DNA from: Christensenella sp. UBA7703
GTDB taxonomy: Bacteria; Bacillota; Clostridia; Christensenellales; CAG-138
Reading direction: 5' to 3'
Assembly: GCA_002482505.1 (NCBI GenBank)
Contig: DLGD01000019.1
Span: forward strand, 35,473-99,472
DNA: 64,000 nucleotides
Under the pieces are notes generated by a model. The model was not told where the DNA came from. It did not search any database and was given only the letters and a program-made list of their open reading frames with translations. Within the stretch, counting starts at the first letter, position 1; each line of letters begins with the position of its first letter. Shown in pieces: positions 48,939-59,158 of the stretch. A program made the translations under genes and the position numbers.

Positions 48939-49096
48939 GCATCCACAAAGTTATCCACACTCTGGGGATAACTCTGTGGATAATGGTAGAAAAAAAGCGA
49001 CCAGAGACGGATTTCCCCAGAAATACGATGGTTTTTCTGTGAACGGAACGTGGATAGACCAAACGGTTGTTCACCATATACACAGAGTTATCCACA
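48939..49096. promoter_or_regulatory. DnaA-box cluster
   Basis: Perfect TTATCCACA at 48951 and 49088 and TGTGGATAA at 48975. Near matches at 48963, 49076, 48939 and 49049. Confidence 0.85.
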
Positions 49097-49149
49097 ATTG
49101 CGGTTTTTCTTTCCGAAAATCGACCCGCAAAAAACCAACCCAACCCGCA

Positions 49150-50649
49150 TCAAAACAGCAGCCACAGCAGCGCCGAAACATCCGCAATCAGGAAGGCAAC
49201 CAGCGCGCGTGTTTTCCCGCTCCTAAGAAACAGGCGCGAGGCAAACACCATTGCCGTCAGCCACAACAGATAGGCAACCGCACCCGGCGGCGGGGCAAAA
49301 ATCGTCACGCTGCCACCAAAACGCGCCACGCCGAGGGTGACATCTAGCGCCGCGCGCGCAATCCAGCAGACCGCGTTACCCAGGGGCAACCAAACGTAGG
49401 AAAGCAGCACGCCGATGAACGCCGGAATCAGGAAGACGCCGGAGATCGGAATCACGAACAGATTGGTCACAAGTGAGAGAAGCTGCGCCTGCTCAAAGAA
49501 ATAACAGCTTGTGGGCAAGGTGCCGATCACCACAGCAGCGGAAGCGCCCAACAATCCTGCCGCAGTGGAGCCGAGGCGCATCAGCGGTTTTTGGAAGATT
49601 GGCGCGAGCAGAATCATCGACAGCACGGCGACATACGAAAGCTGAAACCCCGCGTTCCAAAGCGCATAGGGGTTATCGAGCAAAATCAGCACAAACGAGG
49701 CGGAGAGCGCACTCACCGCGTCCAGCCGCCGCCTCAGCGGAAACGCGAGAAGGCCCACCAACAGCATGATCACGCTGCGCACCACGGGCGGGGAAAACGC
49801 GGTGATTGCCGCATAGAGCGCGCAAAACACCGCCACCGCGAGAAAGCGAATCCACGCGTTTTTACGAAACAGCAACGAAAACGCGACCGCAAGCAGGGAC
49901 ACATGCAACCCCGAAACGGACAACAGATGCGCAATGCCGGTGTCCCGAAAAGCGTTCATCATCTCGTCGTCAATGTCCGAGACATCGCCGAGAATCATGC
50001 CCTTTGCCTCGCCCGGCGCATTGGGAAAGAGCATCGCGATGCGATTCCCAAGGGTCTCTCGCAAACGGAGTAATGCGCCGTAACCATCCGGCGGGGACTG
50101 CCAAAGCACCTCCGCATTGCCTCTGGCAAACGCGACGGCGAACACGCCGCGATAACGGTCGTTTAGGCGGTATTTCTCTTTGGAAAGAACCACGTCCGCG
50201 TTTACGGAAACGGCCTGTCCGTAGGCGGGTGTTTCGGAAAAACGTGTAAAGAGCCGCAGCCTGCCGGAGACAGAAACGCCGTCCAGCGTCGCGTCCTCTA
50301 GATAGATGCGATAGCTTCCATCCTCACGGAGTTCCGGCGTTTCACAGATTTCGCCCTGCACGACACCAGTGCCGAGCGGAACGGAGGCGGGAGCTGCAAG
50401 CGCCACGCGGACGAACCCCACCGCCATGCACACGAGAAACACCGTCCACATCGCTTTTTTGGTTAGATGCGCGGCAAGTACGCAGACCAGCAACACCAGC
50501 GCCGCGATCCAAGCGCGCGAAAGCGAAAACCCGTCGCCAATCAGCAGCCCAAAGAGCAACCCGATTGCGGCGACGGCGACCGGCCGCGCGTGAAACCACG
50601 GCGGGCGCGGGATATTTTCTGTTTGTTTTTCACCAAAAACATGCGACAT
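49150..50649 (-). CDS. comEC: ComEC/Rec2 competence channel protein lacking the beta-lactamase-like C-terminal domain
   Basis: G.AHLLSVSGLHV, PPVVRS and GFQLSY motifs; OB-fold region. Confidence 0.9.
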   Translation of the reverse strand: MSHVFGEKQTENIPRPPWFHARPVAVAAIGLLFGLLIGDGFSLSRAWIAALVLLVCVLAAHLTKKAMWTVFLVCMAVGFVRVALAAPASVPLGTGVVQGEICETPELREDGSYRIYLEDATLDGVSVSGRLRLFTRFSETPAYGQAVSVNADVVLSKEKYRLNDRYRGVFAVAFARGNAEVLWQSPPDGYGALLRLRETLGNRIAMLFPNAPGEAKGMILGDVSDIDDEMMNAFRDTGIAHLLSVSGLHVSLLAVAFSLLFRKNAWIRFLAVAVFCALYAAITAFSPPVVRSVIMLLVGLLAFPLRRRLDAVSALSASFVLILLDNPYALWNAGFQLSYVAVLSMILLAPIFQKPLMRLGSTAAGLLGASAAVVIGTLPTSCYFFEQAQLLSLVTNLFVIPISGVFLIPAFIGVLLSYVWLPLGNAVCWIARAALDVTLGVARFGGSVTIFAPPPGAVAYLLWLTAMVFASRLFLRSGKTRALVAFLIADVSALLWLLF

Positions 50650-50805
50650 TGGGTTGAGTTAAACATACCAAATCGCGTTTGTCAATTCCGTGTTTATTGG
50701 CGTAATGCGCCCTTTCTTGAACAAACATTCCTTCCAATGGTATACTACATTCACGAGAAAGAATTTTTCCGCGCAACTGCGCGGACGGACAGGAACGGAT
50801 ATACG

Positions 50806-51768
50806 ATGAAATGGCTTGAAATCTGCGTCTATACCACCGACGCGGGACTGGACGCGGTCACGTTTGCGTTTTCCAAAGCGGGGCTCGATCAGGTGAGCAT
50901 CGAAGAAAGCCACGAGCGCGCGATGGCGTTTCTCAACGAGCGCGTGGTCTATTGGGACTATGCGGACGCGGACAAGGTCGGCGTGGACGAACCCTGCGTG
51001 AAAGCGTATGTTGCGGACGTGCCGGAGAGCCAGAGCGTTGTGGAGGAGGTCAAGCAAGGCATCGCGCAGTTGCGTGAGGCCGATCTTGGCTACGACGCGG
51101 GGTCTCTTTCGGTCGTGATCAACCGCATGGACGACGCGGACTGGGAAAACAACTGGAAAGCCTACTATAAACCGCTCAAGATCGGCAAGCGGCTGTATGT
51201 GCTGCCCTGCTGGATCGAAGAAGAAGCGCCGGATAACCGCGTGACGCTCAAGCTCGACCCCGGCGTGGCATTCGGCACGGGCGAACACCACACCACGCGG
51301 ATGTGCTTGGAATTACTCGAAACCGTGGTCAAGCCCGGTTGCGATATGCTCGACCTCGGCTGCGGCAGCGGAATTCTCTCCGTCGCGTCCGTGCTGCTCG
51401 GCGCCTCGCACGCCGTCGCGGTGGACATCGACCCCGTAGCGGAGCATGTCGCCCTCGAAAACGCCGCGATGAACGGCGTTACTCCCGCACAGTACGACGT
51501 GCTCATCGGCGACCTGCTCTCCAACGAAGCGCTGCAAAACCGCATCCGCCGCGGCTACGATGTGGTCGTGGCAAACATCGTCGCGGGGGTCATCATCGCA
51601 CTTGCGCCGTTTGCCAAGACCTGCTGCAAGAAAGGCGCGCCGTTCATCGTCTCCGGCATCATCGACGAGCGGGAGGACGAAGTCAAGCACGCGCTGATTC
51701 GCGAAGGTTTCACCGTGGAAGAGATCTTGCGCAGCGAAGGCTGGGTCGCGATGCTGCTTCGCGCATGA
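50806..51768 (+). CDS. prmA: Ribosomal protein L11 methyltransferase
   Basis: DWENNWK, DPG.AFGTG.H.TT, LDLGCGSGILS and VANI. Confidence 0.95.
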   Translation: MKWLEICVYTTDAGLDAVTFAFSKAGLDQVSIEESHERAMAFLNERVVYWDYADADKVGVDEPCVKAYVADVPESQSVVEEVKQGIAQLREADLGYDAGSLSVVINRMDDADWENNWKAYYKPLKIGKRLYVLPCWIEEEAPDNRVTLKLDPGVAFGTGEHHTTRMCLELLETVVKPGCDMLDLGCGSGILSVASVLLGASHAVAVDIDPVAEHVALENAAMNGVTPAQYDVLIGDLLSNEALQNRIRRGYDVVVANIVAGVIIALAPFAKTCCKKGAPFIVSGIIDEREDEVKHALIREGFTVEEILRSEGWVAMLLRA

Positions 51769-51825
51769 TTCTCGCGAGTTGCAATTGGCTCTCATACAAC
51801 AATAGACATCGAATTAGGAAGTTAC

Positions 51826-52545
51826 ATGCGCAGATTTTTTTGTGAAAACATCACAACCGATTCCGCCACCATCACGGGGGACGACGCGCATCATATCTCC
51901 CGCGTGCTCCGCATGAAGGCGGGCGACGCGCTCTCGCTCTGCGACGGCGCGGGGAATGAATATGACGCTCTGATTGTCTCCGTCTCGCCGGAGGCTGTCG
52001 TCTGCACGGTTTCTAACCCGCACGCGAGCGAAGCGGAAAGCCCGGTTCAAGTAACGTTGTTTCAATGCTTGCCCAAGACGGGCAAGATGGAGCTGATCGT
52101 GCAGAAATGCACGGAGCTCGGCGTGTTCTCCGTCGTTCCCGTGCAGTCCGCGCGCTGCGTGGTCGTGCCGGGTAAGGATTATGACAAGAAGCGGGAGCGC
52201 TACAACCGCGTGGCGCTTGAGGCGGCAAAGCAGAGCCGCCGAGCAATGGTTCCGCAGGTGCTGCCGCTCACCGAGCTCAAGAAGATCGACGTGAAATCGT
52301 TTGATCTCTTTCTGGTGGCGTATGAGGACGAGAACACCATCTCCCTCAAGCAGGCGCTCCGCGCGGCAGGTTCACCGCAGTCTATCGCGCTGCTGATCGG
52401 GCCCGAAGGCGGGCTGGAGGAAGGTGAAGTCAGGCAGCTTGTCCAGGCAGGCGCAAAAAGCGTCTCCCTTGGCAAGCGCATTCTCCGCACGGAGACCGCG
52501 GGCATGGCGATGCTCGCGCAGACACTGTATGAGGTGGAAGAATGA
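51826..52545 (+). CDS. rsmE: 16S rRNA m3U1498 methyltransferase
   Basis: H...VLR, KCTELG, EAAKQSRR, IGPEGG and LGKRILRTETA. Confidence 0.96.
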   Translation: MRRFFCENITTDSATITGDDAHHISRVLRMKAGDALSLCDGAGNEYDALIVSVSPEAVVCTVSNPHASEAESPVQVTLFQCLPKTGKMELIVQKCTELGVFSVVPVQSARCVVVPGKDYDKKRERYNRVALEAAKQSRRAMVPQVLPLTELKKIDVKSFDLFLVAYEDENTISLKQALRAAGSPQSIALLIGPEGGLEEGEVRQLVQAGAKSVSLGKRILRTETAGMAMLAQTLYEVEE

Positions 52546-52591
52546 ACGTGAAAACAACCGCTCTTCTTCCGATCACAATCGAGGTACTCCT

Positions 52592-53869
52592 ATGAAAGTC
52601 GCGCTGACCACGCTCGGCTGCAAGGTGAATCATTACGAAACCGAAGCCATGCGGGAGCTTTTCGTGCAGGATGGCTGGGAGATTGTCGAGTTCAGCGAGC
52701 TTGCGGATGTCTACGTGATCAACACCTGCACCGTCACGCAGACGAGCGACACAAAATCCCGCCAGATGATTGCCCGCGCGCACCGGATGAACCCGAGCGC
52801 GCTCGTCGTCGCCGTCGGCTGCTATGCGCAGACCGCGCCGGAAGCGGTCGCAAGCCTCGAAGGCGTTGGGCTCGTGATCGGCACCAGCGGACGAAAAGAG
52901 ATCGTTTCCCGCGTAAAAGACGCGTTCCAATCAAAAGACGAGGAAACATATATTTCGCCGCTGTACGAGATGCGGGAGTTTGAGCCGCTCTCCGCCGTGC
53001 GCGATTCGCGTACCCGCGCGACGCTCAAGATTCAGGACGGCTGCGTCAACTTCTGCTCCTATTGCATTATCCCCTTCGCGCGCGGGCCGCTGCGCTCCCG
53101 CCCGCTGGACGAAATCTCCGCCGAGGTGGCGATGCTGGCAAACGAAGGGTATCGCGAGATCGTGCTCACGGGAATCCATCTCGCGAGCTACGGGCGGGAT
53201 CTCGCCAAAAGTGGCATTACCCTGCTGGACGCGATCGCCCGCGCGAGCGAGCCGGAGGGAATCCGCCGCATACGGCTCGGTTCGCTTGAGCCGTTGTTTG
53301 TCAACGAAACCGTCGCAAAGGCGCTCGCGGAAAACCCGAAGATCTGCAGGCAGTTTCATCTTTCGCTCCAAAGCGGCTCCAACACGGTGTTACAACGCAT
53401 GAACCGTAAGTACACCGCGGAAGAATATCTGCTTGCCCTCGCGCTGCTGCGCAAATGCATGCCCGATTGCGCAATCACCACGGACGTGATTGCCGGCTTT
53501 GCGGGTGAAACAGAGACGGAGCACGCGGAAACCCTCGCGTTCTGCAAATCAGCTGCTTTCGCGCGGATGCATGTGTTCCCCTTCTCCCTCCGAAAAGGGA
53601 CAAAAGCGGAAGACCTTCCAAACCACCTTCCCAAGGCGGTCAAGGAAGCGCGGGCAAGGGAACTCATCGCGCTTAGCAAAGCACTCACGCAAACATATTT
53701 GGAGCAGCAGATTGGAAGCGTTGTGGAGGTGCTTGCCGAAAGCGACGGCGCAGGCTACAGCGGCAACTACATCCGTGTGAAGACCGACTCAACCGAGGGC
53801 GAGATCGTCCGCATCCGCATCGAAGGATTTGAGGACGAAACGGCGTTTGGAACGCGGCTGGAAGGATAA
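52592..53869 (+). CDS. mtaB: tRNA methylthiotransferase MtaB
   Basis: TLGCKVN.YE, NTCTVT and the radical SAM motif GCVNFCSYC; prmA-rsmE-mtaB synteny. Confidence 0.93.
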   Translation: MKVALTTLGCKVNHYETEAMRELFVQDGWEIVEFSELADVYVINTCTVTQTSDTKSRQMIARAHRMNPSALVVAVGCYAQTAPEAVASLEGVGLVIGTSGRKEIVSRVKDAFQSKDEETYISPLYEMREFEPLSAVRDSRTRATLKIQDGCVNFCSYCIIPFARGPLRSRPLDEISAEVAMLANEGYREIVLTGIHLASYGRDLAKSGITLLDAIARASEPEGIRRIRLGSLEPLFVNETVAKALAENPKICRQFHLSLQSGSNTVLQRMNRKYTAEEYLLALALLRKCMPDCAITTDVIAGFAGETETEHAETLAFCKSAAFARMHVFPFSLRKGTKAEDLPNHLPKAVKEARARELIALSKALTQTYLEQQIGSVVEVLAESDGAGYSGNYIRVKTDSTEGEIVRIRIEGFEDETAFGTRLEG

Positions 53870-53943
53870 CCTTCTTCGTGCGTAAACCAATTGCATTTCA
53901 TCCGCCGGACAGGGTAGAATAAGGACAAAGGAGTTGAGAAAAT

Positions 53944-54288
53944 TTGAGCAACTGCATCTTTTGCAAAATCATCGCCGGGGAAATCCCGTCGAGAAAAGTG
54001 TATGAGGACGATCTGGTCGTCGCCATCCACGACATCGAGCCGCAGTCTCCCGTGCACGTGCTCGTCGTCCCGAAAAAGCACATCGTCGGCGTCAACGAAC
54101 TCACAAAAGAGGACGAAGCCATCGTGGGTCATGCCTACAGCGTCATCAGTAAGCTCGTCAAGGAGTTGAAGATTGACGAAAGCGGCTATCGCGTCGTCGT
54201 CAACAGCGGCAAAGACGGACAGCAAAGCGTCCCGCACCTGCATTTTCACATTCTCGGTGGACGGTTGCTTGCCTGGCCTCCGGGCTGA
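53944..54288 (+). CDS. HIT-family nucleotide-binding protein
   Basis: CIFCKI, HLHFH and WPPG. Confidence 0.95.
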   Translation: MSNCIFCKIIAGEIPSRKVYEDDLVVAIHDIEPQSPVHVLVVPKKHIVGVNELTKEDEAIVGHAYSVISKLVKELKIDESGYRVVVNSGKDGQQSVPHLHFHILGGRLLAWPPG

Positions 54289-54479
54289 AGCAATCCCCGA
54301 TTTGAATTTTGGAGAAGGATGCGAATCCTTCTCTTTTGTTAGAATGAACACAACGTTGAGAATTTCCGTTTAAAATATGACAAATCGGCGAAAAATCGCC
54401 GCACGAAAAAGAAAACCCGACGGCAAGGCGCAAAGTGTGATACGATAGGTTATCGACACACGAGAGGAAGCACTCCCGC

Positions 54480-55421
54480 ATGCCATTAACCCTAGGAACA
54501 CGTTTGCTGCGCATGCAGCTGCGGCTGACCAAACCCATCGCGCGGTTCGCCACGATTGACGATGCACGAAAAGCGCAGGATCAGCTGGGCCGCATGACGG
54601 CCGAAATACTCAAGACAAAGGTTAGCTTTGAGCCGGTCGAGTTTGACCGCTTCACCGCCTGCTTTGCCATCTCCAATAACTGCGTCGAGCCATGCGACCG
54701 GGCAGTACTCTACCTGCACGGCGGCGGCTATACCGCCGGCGGCTTGGACTACGCAAAAGGCTTTGGTGGATTGCTCGCTGCGCAAACGCGGGTCTCCGTG
54801 CTCTGCGCCGCCTATCGCCTGGCCCCGGAGCATAAGTTCCCCGCCGCGCAGGACGACGCGATGGACGCATACCAATATCTGCTGGATTCCGGCTATGCGC
54901 CGGAGAAGATCGCCATCGCGGGTGAAAGCGCGGGCGGCGGACTTGCGCTGAGCCTTGCGCTGCGCCTGCGGGACGAAGGAAAGCCCATGCCTGCCTGCAT
55001 CGTCGCAATCTCCCCGTGGGCAGACCTAACGCTCTCCGGCTCTTCCTACAACAACAATGTCCGCCTCGACCCGACGCTGATTCGCGAGTCGCTGGCGTAT
55101 TACGTGATTGCCTATGCAGCCGGGCACGAGGATGAGGCGTATGTATCTCCCGTGCTGGGTGACTTTACAGGCTTTCCGCCGACGCTGCTCTTTGCCGGCA
55201 GTGATGAGATCCTGCTTTCCGATGCAAAAACGGTCTACAAGCGCCTGAAGAAGGCGGGTGTGGAAAGCAAGCTGGTCGTAGAAGATGGCATGTGGCACGT
55301 TTACCCGCTCTACGGCACGCCGGAAGGGAAAAAGGCGCTCGAAGAGATGTCTCTGTTCATCCAGACCCGATTGGGTCTTGCTTTGCCGAATTCCGCGGAG
55401 GAAGCATCCGCCCCCGCGTAA
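54480..55421 (+). CDS. HSL-family alpha/beta hydrolase (esterase)
   Basis: HGGGY, YRLAPEH, GESAGG and G.WH. Confidence 0.9.
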   Translation: MPLTLGTRLLRMQLRLTKPIARFATIDDARKAQDQLGRMTAEILKTKVSFEPVEFDRFTACFAISNNCVEPCDRAVLYLHGGGYTAGGLDYAKGFGGLLAAQTRVSVLCAAYRLAPEHKFPAAQDDAMDAYQYLLDSGYAPEKIAIAGESAGGGLALSLALRLRDEGKPMPACIVAISPWADLTLSGSSYNNNVRLDPTLIRESLAYYVIAYAAGHEDEAYVSPVLGDFTGFPPTLLFAGSDEILLSDAKTVYKRLKKAGVESKLVVEDGMWHVYPLYGTPEGKKALEEMSLFIQTRLGLALPNSAEEASAPA

Positions 55422-55438
55422 ACGAAAAAGGACACGCT

Positions 55439-56728
55439 ATGTCAAAGAACAAAAAACCGACCAAGTGGATGAAGCTCGATAATGCGGCGCTCATCTACCC
55501 CGCGACGATGAACCGGAGCTGGACGGCGTTGTTTCGCCTCTCCGCAACACTGACGGAACCCATCGACGAGGATATTCTGGAGGTTGCGCAAAAACGCACG
55601 CTGCGCAGGCTGCCGTGGTTTGCCTATAAGCTCAAGCGCGGGCTGTTTTGGTTTTATCTGGAGCACAGCGACGATCTGCCTAAGATTGAGCAGGACGTCG
55701 CAAATCCCTGCGTACGCATGCGCCTCAATGAAAACGATGGCTTTTGCATGCGCGTGCGGTATTATCAAAACCGTATCGCGGTGGAGTTTTTTCATGTGTT
55801 GACCGACGGCACGGGCGGGCAGGTGTTTTTGCAGACGCTGGTTGCCGAATATCTGCGCCTGAAATACAGCGCAAATATCCCCAGAAGCGAGAAAATTCTG
55901 GATTGTTCGGAAGAGCCGAAGCCAGAGGAGGCGGAGGATAGCTTTGCCGTTCACTCTGGGCGAATCACCCAAACGCGCAAAGAGGTCAAGGCCTATCACA
56001 TCAAAGGCACGGACGAACGCAGCGGCTTTGTCCACATCATCACCGGATCGATGAACGCAGCGGATGTGCTCGCCAAAGCGAAAGAAAAGGGTGTAAGCGC
56101 AACGGTCTATCTCACCGCGGCGCTGATTCTCTCCGTAGACGCGATCCAGCGCCGGAAGGTGCCGAGCATCCACAAGTATAAACCCGTCAAGGTATCCGTT
56201 CCCGTCAACCTGAGAAACGTATTTCACAGCAAAACGCTCAGAAACTTCGCGAACTACGTCAACCCCGGCATCGATCCGCGGCTTGGCGAATATACGTTTG
56301 ACGAGGTTTTAAACATCGTGCACCACACGCTCGCCATGGAGGTCACGGAGAAACTGCTCAACGTCAAGATCACCACAAACGTGCGCAGCGAGCAGAACAA
56401 AGTTCTGCGCCTGACACCATTGTTCATCAAAAACATGGCGTTGAAATATGTCTATTCGCAGGTGGGCGACGTGCTCTCCTCCACGACGCTGAGTAACCTC
56501 GGCGTGGCAAAACTGCCGGAAGAGATGTCGCAATATGTCCGCCGCATGGACTTTATCTTAGGCCCGCTCGCGGACAACCGCGTTTGCTCAGCCGCGCTGA
56601 CCTATAACGGCAGGCTTCGCATCAACTTCACCCGAACGATTGCGGAGCCTTGGCTGGAACGGGAGTTTTTTACCCGCCTTGTCAAGCTCGGCATCCCGGT
56701 AAAGGTTGAGAGCAACCAACAGGAATAA
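55439..56728 (+). CDS. CoA-dependent acyltransferase (alcohol acetyltransferase/condensation-like)
   Basis: W.KLDNAA.IYP, HxxxDG (FHVLTDGTG), PVNLR and SNLG. Confidence 0.8.
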   Translation: MSKNKKPTKWMKLDNAALIYPATMNRSWTALFRLSATLTEPIDEDILEVAQKRTLRRLPWFAYKLKRGLFWFYLEHSDDLPKIEQDVANPCVRMRLNENDGFCMRVRYYQNRIAVEFFHVLTDGTGGQVFLQTLVAEYLRLKYSANIPRSEKILDCSEEPKPEEAEDSFAVHSGRITQTRKEVKAYHIKGTDERSGFVHIITGSMNAADVLAKAKEKGVSATVYLTAALILSVDAIQRRKVPSIHKYKPVKVSVPVNLRNVFHSKTLRNFANYVNPGIDPRLGEYTFDEVLNIVHHTLAMEVTEKLLNVKITTNVRSEQNKVLRLTPLFIKNMALKYVYSQVGDVLSSTTLSNLGVAKLPEEMSQYVRRMDFILGPLADNRVCSAALTYNGRLRINFTRTIAEPWLEREFFTRLVKLGIPVKVESNQQE

Positions 56729-56783
56729 AAGAATTTGACCCAAGTTCAGATACATACGCAAGATTTGCGGAGGAAATGATTGT

Positions 56784-57494
56784 ATGAGTTATTGCGTCAA
56801 CTGCGGCGTAGAGCTGCAAAAGAGCGAGCCGCGCTGCCCACTCTGCGGAACAGAAGTGTTAAACCCCAACGAACTGCACGAGGAGAAGCCCATCCGTCCG
56901 TATCCGGCGCATGTGGAACATCTTGATAAAAGCATCGATCGGCGCTACATCGCCTCGTTTATCTCGCTGCTTCTGCTCATCCCGCTGTTCACCGCGATGC
57001 TCGCCAATGTGCTCGTGAGCAAGCAGCTTACATGGAGCTATATCGTGCTCGGCGGCGAACTCGTGCTCTTTACCGTGTTTCTGCTGCCGATGATCACGCG
57101 GATGCCAAAGGTGCTGTATATGGTTATCGATACGGTGTCGGTCAGCGTGCTGCTGCTGCTCATCCGCGTGCTGACGAAAAGCAGCTGGGACTGGCTCTTT
57201 CTGCTAGGATTGCCGATTACGGTGCTTACCGCGCTGATGTGCTGGTTTTTCTCGCTGATGGCATCGCCAAAATGCCGGATTCCCGTGTTGGTTCGCTTCA
57301 CCTTTGCGCTGGCCTGCGTTGGCCTTTTGGTGGTTGCGATTGAATTCTTCATTGGGCTTTATCGGCATGTAATCGCCTGGCCGACCTGGTCGCTCTATGT
57401 GCTCTTCCCCTGCCTCGTGCTCGCAAGCTCGCTGCTGATTCTCAACCGCAGAGCCAGAGTCAAAGAGGAGATTCGAAAGAGGTTTTATTTCTAA
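56784..57494 (+). CDS. Zinc-ribbon membrane protein (DUF6320-like)
   Basis: YCVNCGV...CPLC followed by about six transmembrane segments and a KEEIRKRFYF C-terminus. Confidence 0.75.
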   Translation: MSYCVNCGVELQKSEPRCPLCGTEVLNPNELHEEKPIRPYPAHVEHLDKSIDRRYIASFISLLLLIPLFTAMLANVLVSKQLTWSYIVLGGELVLFTVFLLPMITRMPKVLYMVIDTVSVSVLLLLIRVLTKSSWDWLFLLGLPITVLTALMCWFFSLMASPKCRIPVLVRFTFALACVGLLVVAIEFFIGLYRHVIAWPTWSLYVLFPCLVLASSLLILNRRARVKEEIRKRFYF

Positions 57495-57588
57495 GATATT
57501 TTAGATACACACCCTAGATCCATACGAAACAAAAAAACCGTCGGGGAAATTTCTTTCCCGGCGGTTCTATTTTTTGGATACTGTAGTA

Positions 57589-58494
57589 TTATTCTTTCTC
57601 TTCCGTCTCTGCCTCGGCTTCGGCTTTGGGTTCTTCCGGCTTGGCTTCGTCCTTCACCTCGGCGGCTTCTTCCGCAACTTCGGCTTTATCCTTCTTCTTC
57701 TTGGGTTCTTCCTCCACCGGAATCGGCAGATCGAGCACGGTCTTTTTCAGCACGCCAAACTTCACAAGCAGCAGCAGCGCAAGACCACCTGCGAAGATGA
57801 AGATGCTGATGAACTGGCTCGTGGACAGCGCACCAACAAACCCGCGTTCGTCGTTGCGGAAAAACTCAATCGTGAACCGCCATGCGCCATAGAGCACCAT
57901 ATACCAGCCGGAGACGGTGCCAAACGGTTTCTTCTTCGTGAGCCGCCAGACAAGGAACGCGCACAGCAGGAAGAGGAACACGCTCTCCATGATCTGCGTC
58001 GGCAGCAGCGGAACGCCCGCCGGGGCCGCGCTGCCCGCGGGGAAGACGATCGAGATCGGTGTTTCGCACTCCATGCCATAGCAGCAGCCCGCAAACAGAC
58101 AACCGATGCGCCCGAACGCGTGGCCGATGACCAGCGCGGGGATGAAATAATCCGTCAAAGAGAAGAACGGCAGCTTCTTGATCAACGCGTAAATACCCAC
58201 GCCGCAAAGCCCGCCGATCAGCGCGCCGTAGAACACAAACCCTTCCCGAAGGGTATGCAGCAGATAGCTTGGATCAGCGATGATCTGGTCGATCTCCACC
58301 AGCCAGAAAAGCACCTTTGCGCCAACAAAGCCCATGATGATTGCCCAGAGCGCGGCGGAAAGCGCATGATCTTCGGAAAAGCGGGTGTGTTTTCTTGTGA
58401 AACCGAGCAGGACGAACGCTGCGAGCATACCGACGGCGGACAGTACGCCATACATGGGAATCGTCATCCCGAGCGCATGAAAAGAAGGTAACAT
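57589..58494 (-). CDS. lgt: Prolipoprotein diacylglyceryl transferase
   Basis: GFVFYG.L.G, GRIGC..AGCCYG, PTQ.ME and RF.IEFFR. Confidence 0.9.
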   Translation of the reverse strand: MLPSFHALGMTIPMYGVLSAVGMLAAFVLLGFTRKHTRFSEDHALSAALWAIIMGFVGAKVLFWLVEIDQIIADPSYLLHTLREGFVFYGALIGGLCGVGIYALIKKLPFFSLTDYFIPALVIGHAFGRIGCLFAGCCYGMECETPISIVFPAGSAAPAGVPLLPTQIMESVFLFLLCAFLVWRLTKKKPFGTVSGWYMVLYGAWRFTIEFFRNDERGFVGALSTSQFISIFIFAGGLALLLLVKFGVLKKTVLDLPIPVEEEPKKKKDKAEVAEEAAEVKDEAKPEEPKAEAEAETEEKE

Positions 58495-58557
58495 ATTGCT
58501 CCTCAACACATCAGATTCGTGTAAATCGGAGGGAGATACCTCCCTCCGGCAAATGGA

Positions 58558-58902
58558 TCAATGAAACACGCGGGGTAGGTCGGAAAAGCTGATAAAGCTA
58601 GCCGCGGCAATAAAACCGAACACGATCACAAGAATGGTCACGATGATTGTGAGAACGCCCGCGATGAGGCCCACGACGCTGGTGACATAGCCAGCGGTGT
58701 TCATGCTGTTTTCCTTGAAGCCGTGCGCTTCCGCAAACTTACGGTTGGAGCGGCTCATGGTCAGCCCCACGATGGCGAGCACGAGGCCGACAAACGGGAA
58801 CCATGTGACGACAAGGCTCACGATGCCGAGCACCATCGCGGTGACGGACTGCTTGTTGTGGGACTGCTGTTCCGGGGTTAAGGGCGCTGTATACTGTTCC
58901 AT
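58558..58902 (-). CDS. DUF4190-like membrane protein
   Basis: A.VLGIVSL and AG...S.VGL transmembrane motifs; AGGAGG RBS. Confidence 0.75.
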   Translation of the reverse strand: MEQYTAPLTPEQQSHNKQSVTAMVLGIVSLVVTWFPFVGLVLAIVGLTMSRSNRKFAEAHGFKENSMNTAGYVTSVVGLIAGVLTIIVTILVIVFGFIAAASFISFSDLPRVFH

Positions 58903-59095
58903 AATCTGCACCTCCTGCAAAGATTTTTGTTGTTTGTGTGACGGCGAAATCGCTTTTACGCTTCTTTGCCATCTTTGGACGCACAAATTGTACCACGATT
59001 TCGGGGTTGCGTAAAGCGAGGGGTATGGATCGGGTTGTCCACCTTCCATATGGATTTTACAGCGCGTTGCAGAGTACTTCTCCCCTCCCCAAGAA

Positions 59096-59124
59096 TTGAC
59101 AAACAACCCCAAAGAAGATATCCT
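59096..59124 (+). promoter_or_regulatory. leuS promoter
   Basis: TTGACA-N17-TATCCT ending 34 nt before the ATG. Confidence 0.6.
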
Positions 59125-59158
59125 ACATATTTAGGATAGTTTCGGAGGATTTTGTTTC

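Noticed and set aside
48939-49096. Calling the DnaA-box cluster oriC
   Set aside because: No dnaA, dnaN, rpmH or gidA nearby, and no clear DnaA-trio or strongly AT-rich unwinding tract. Reported as a cluster instead; whole-genome skew is needed to settle it.
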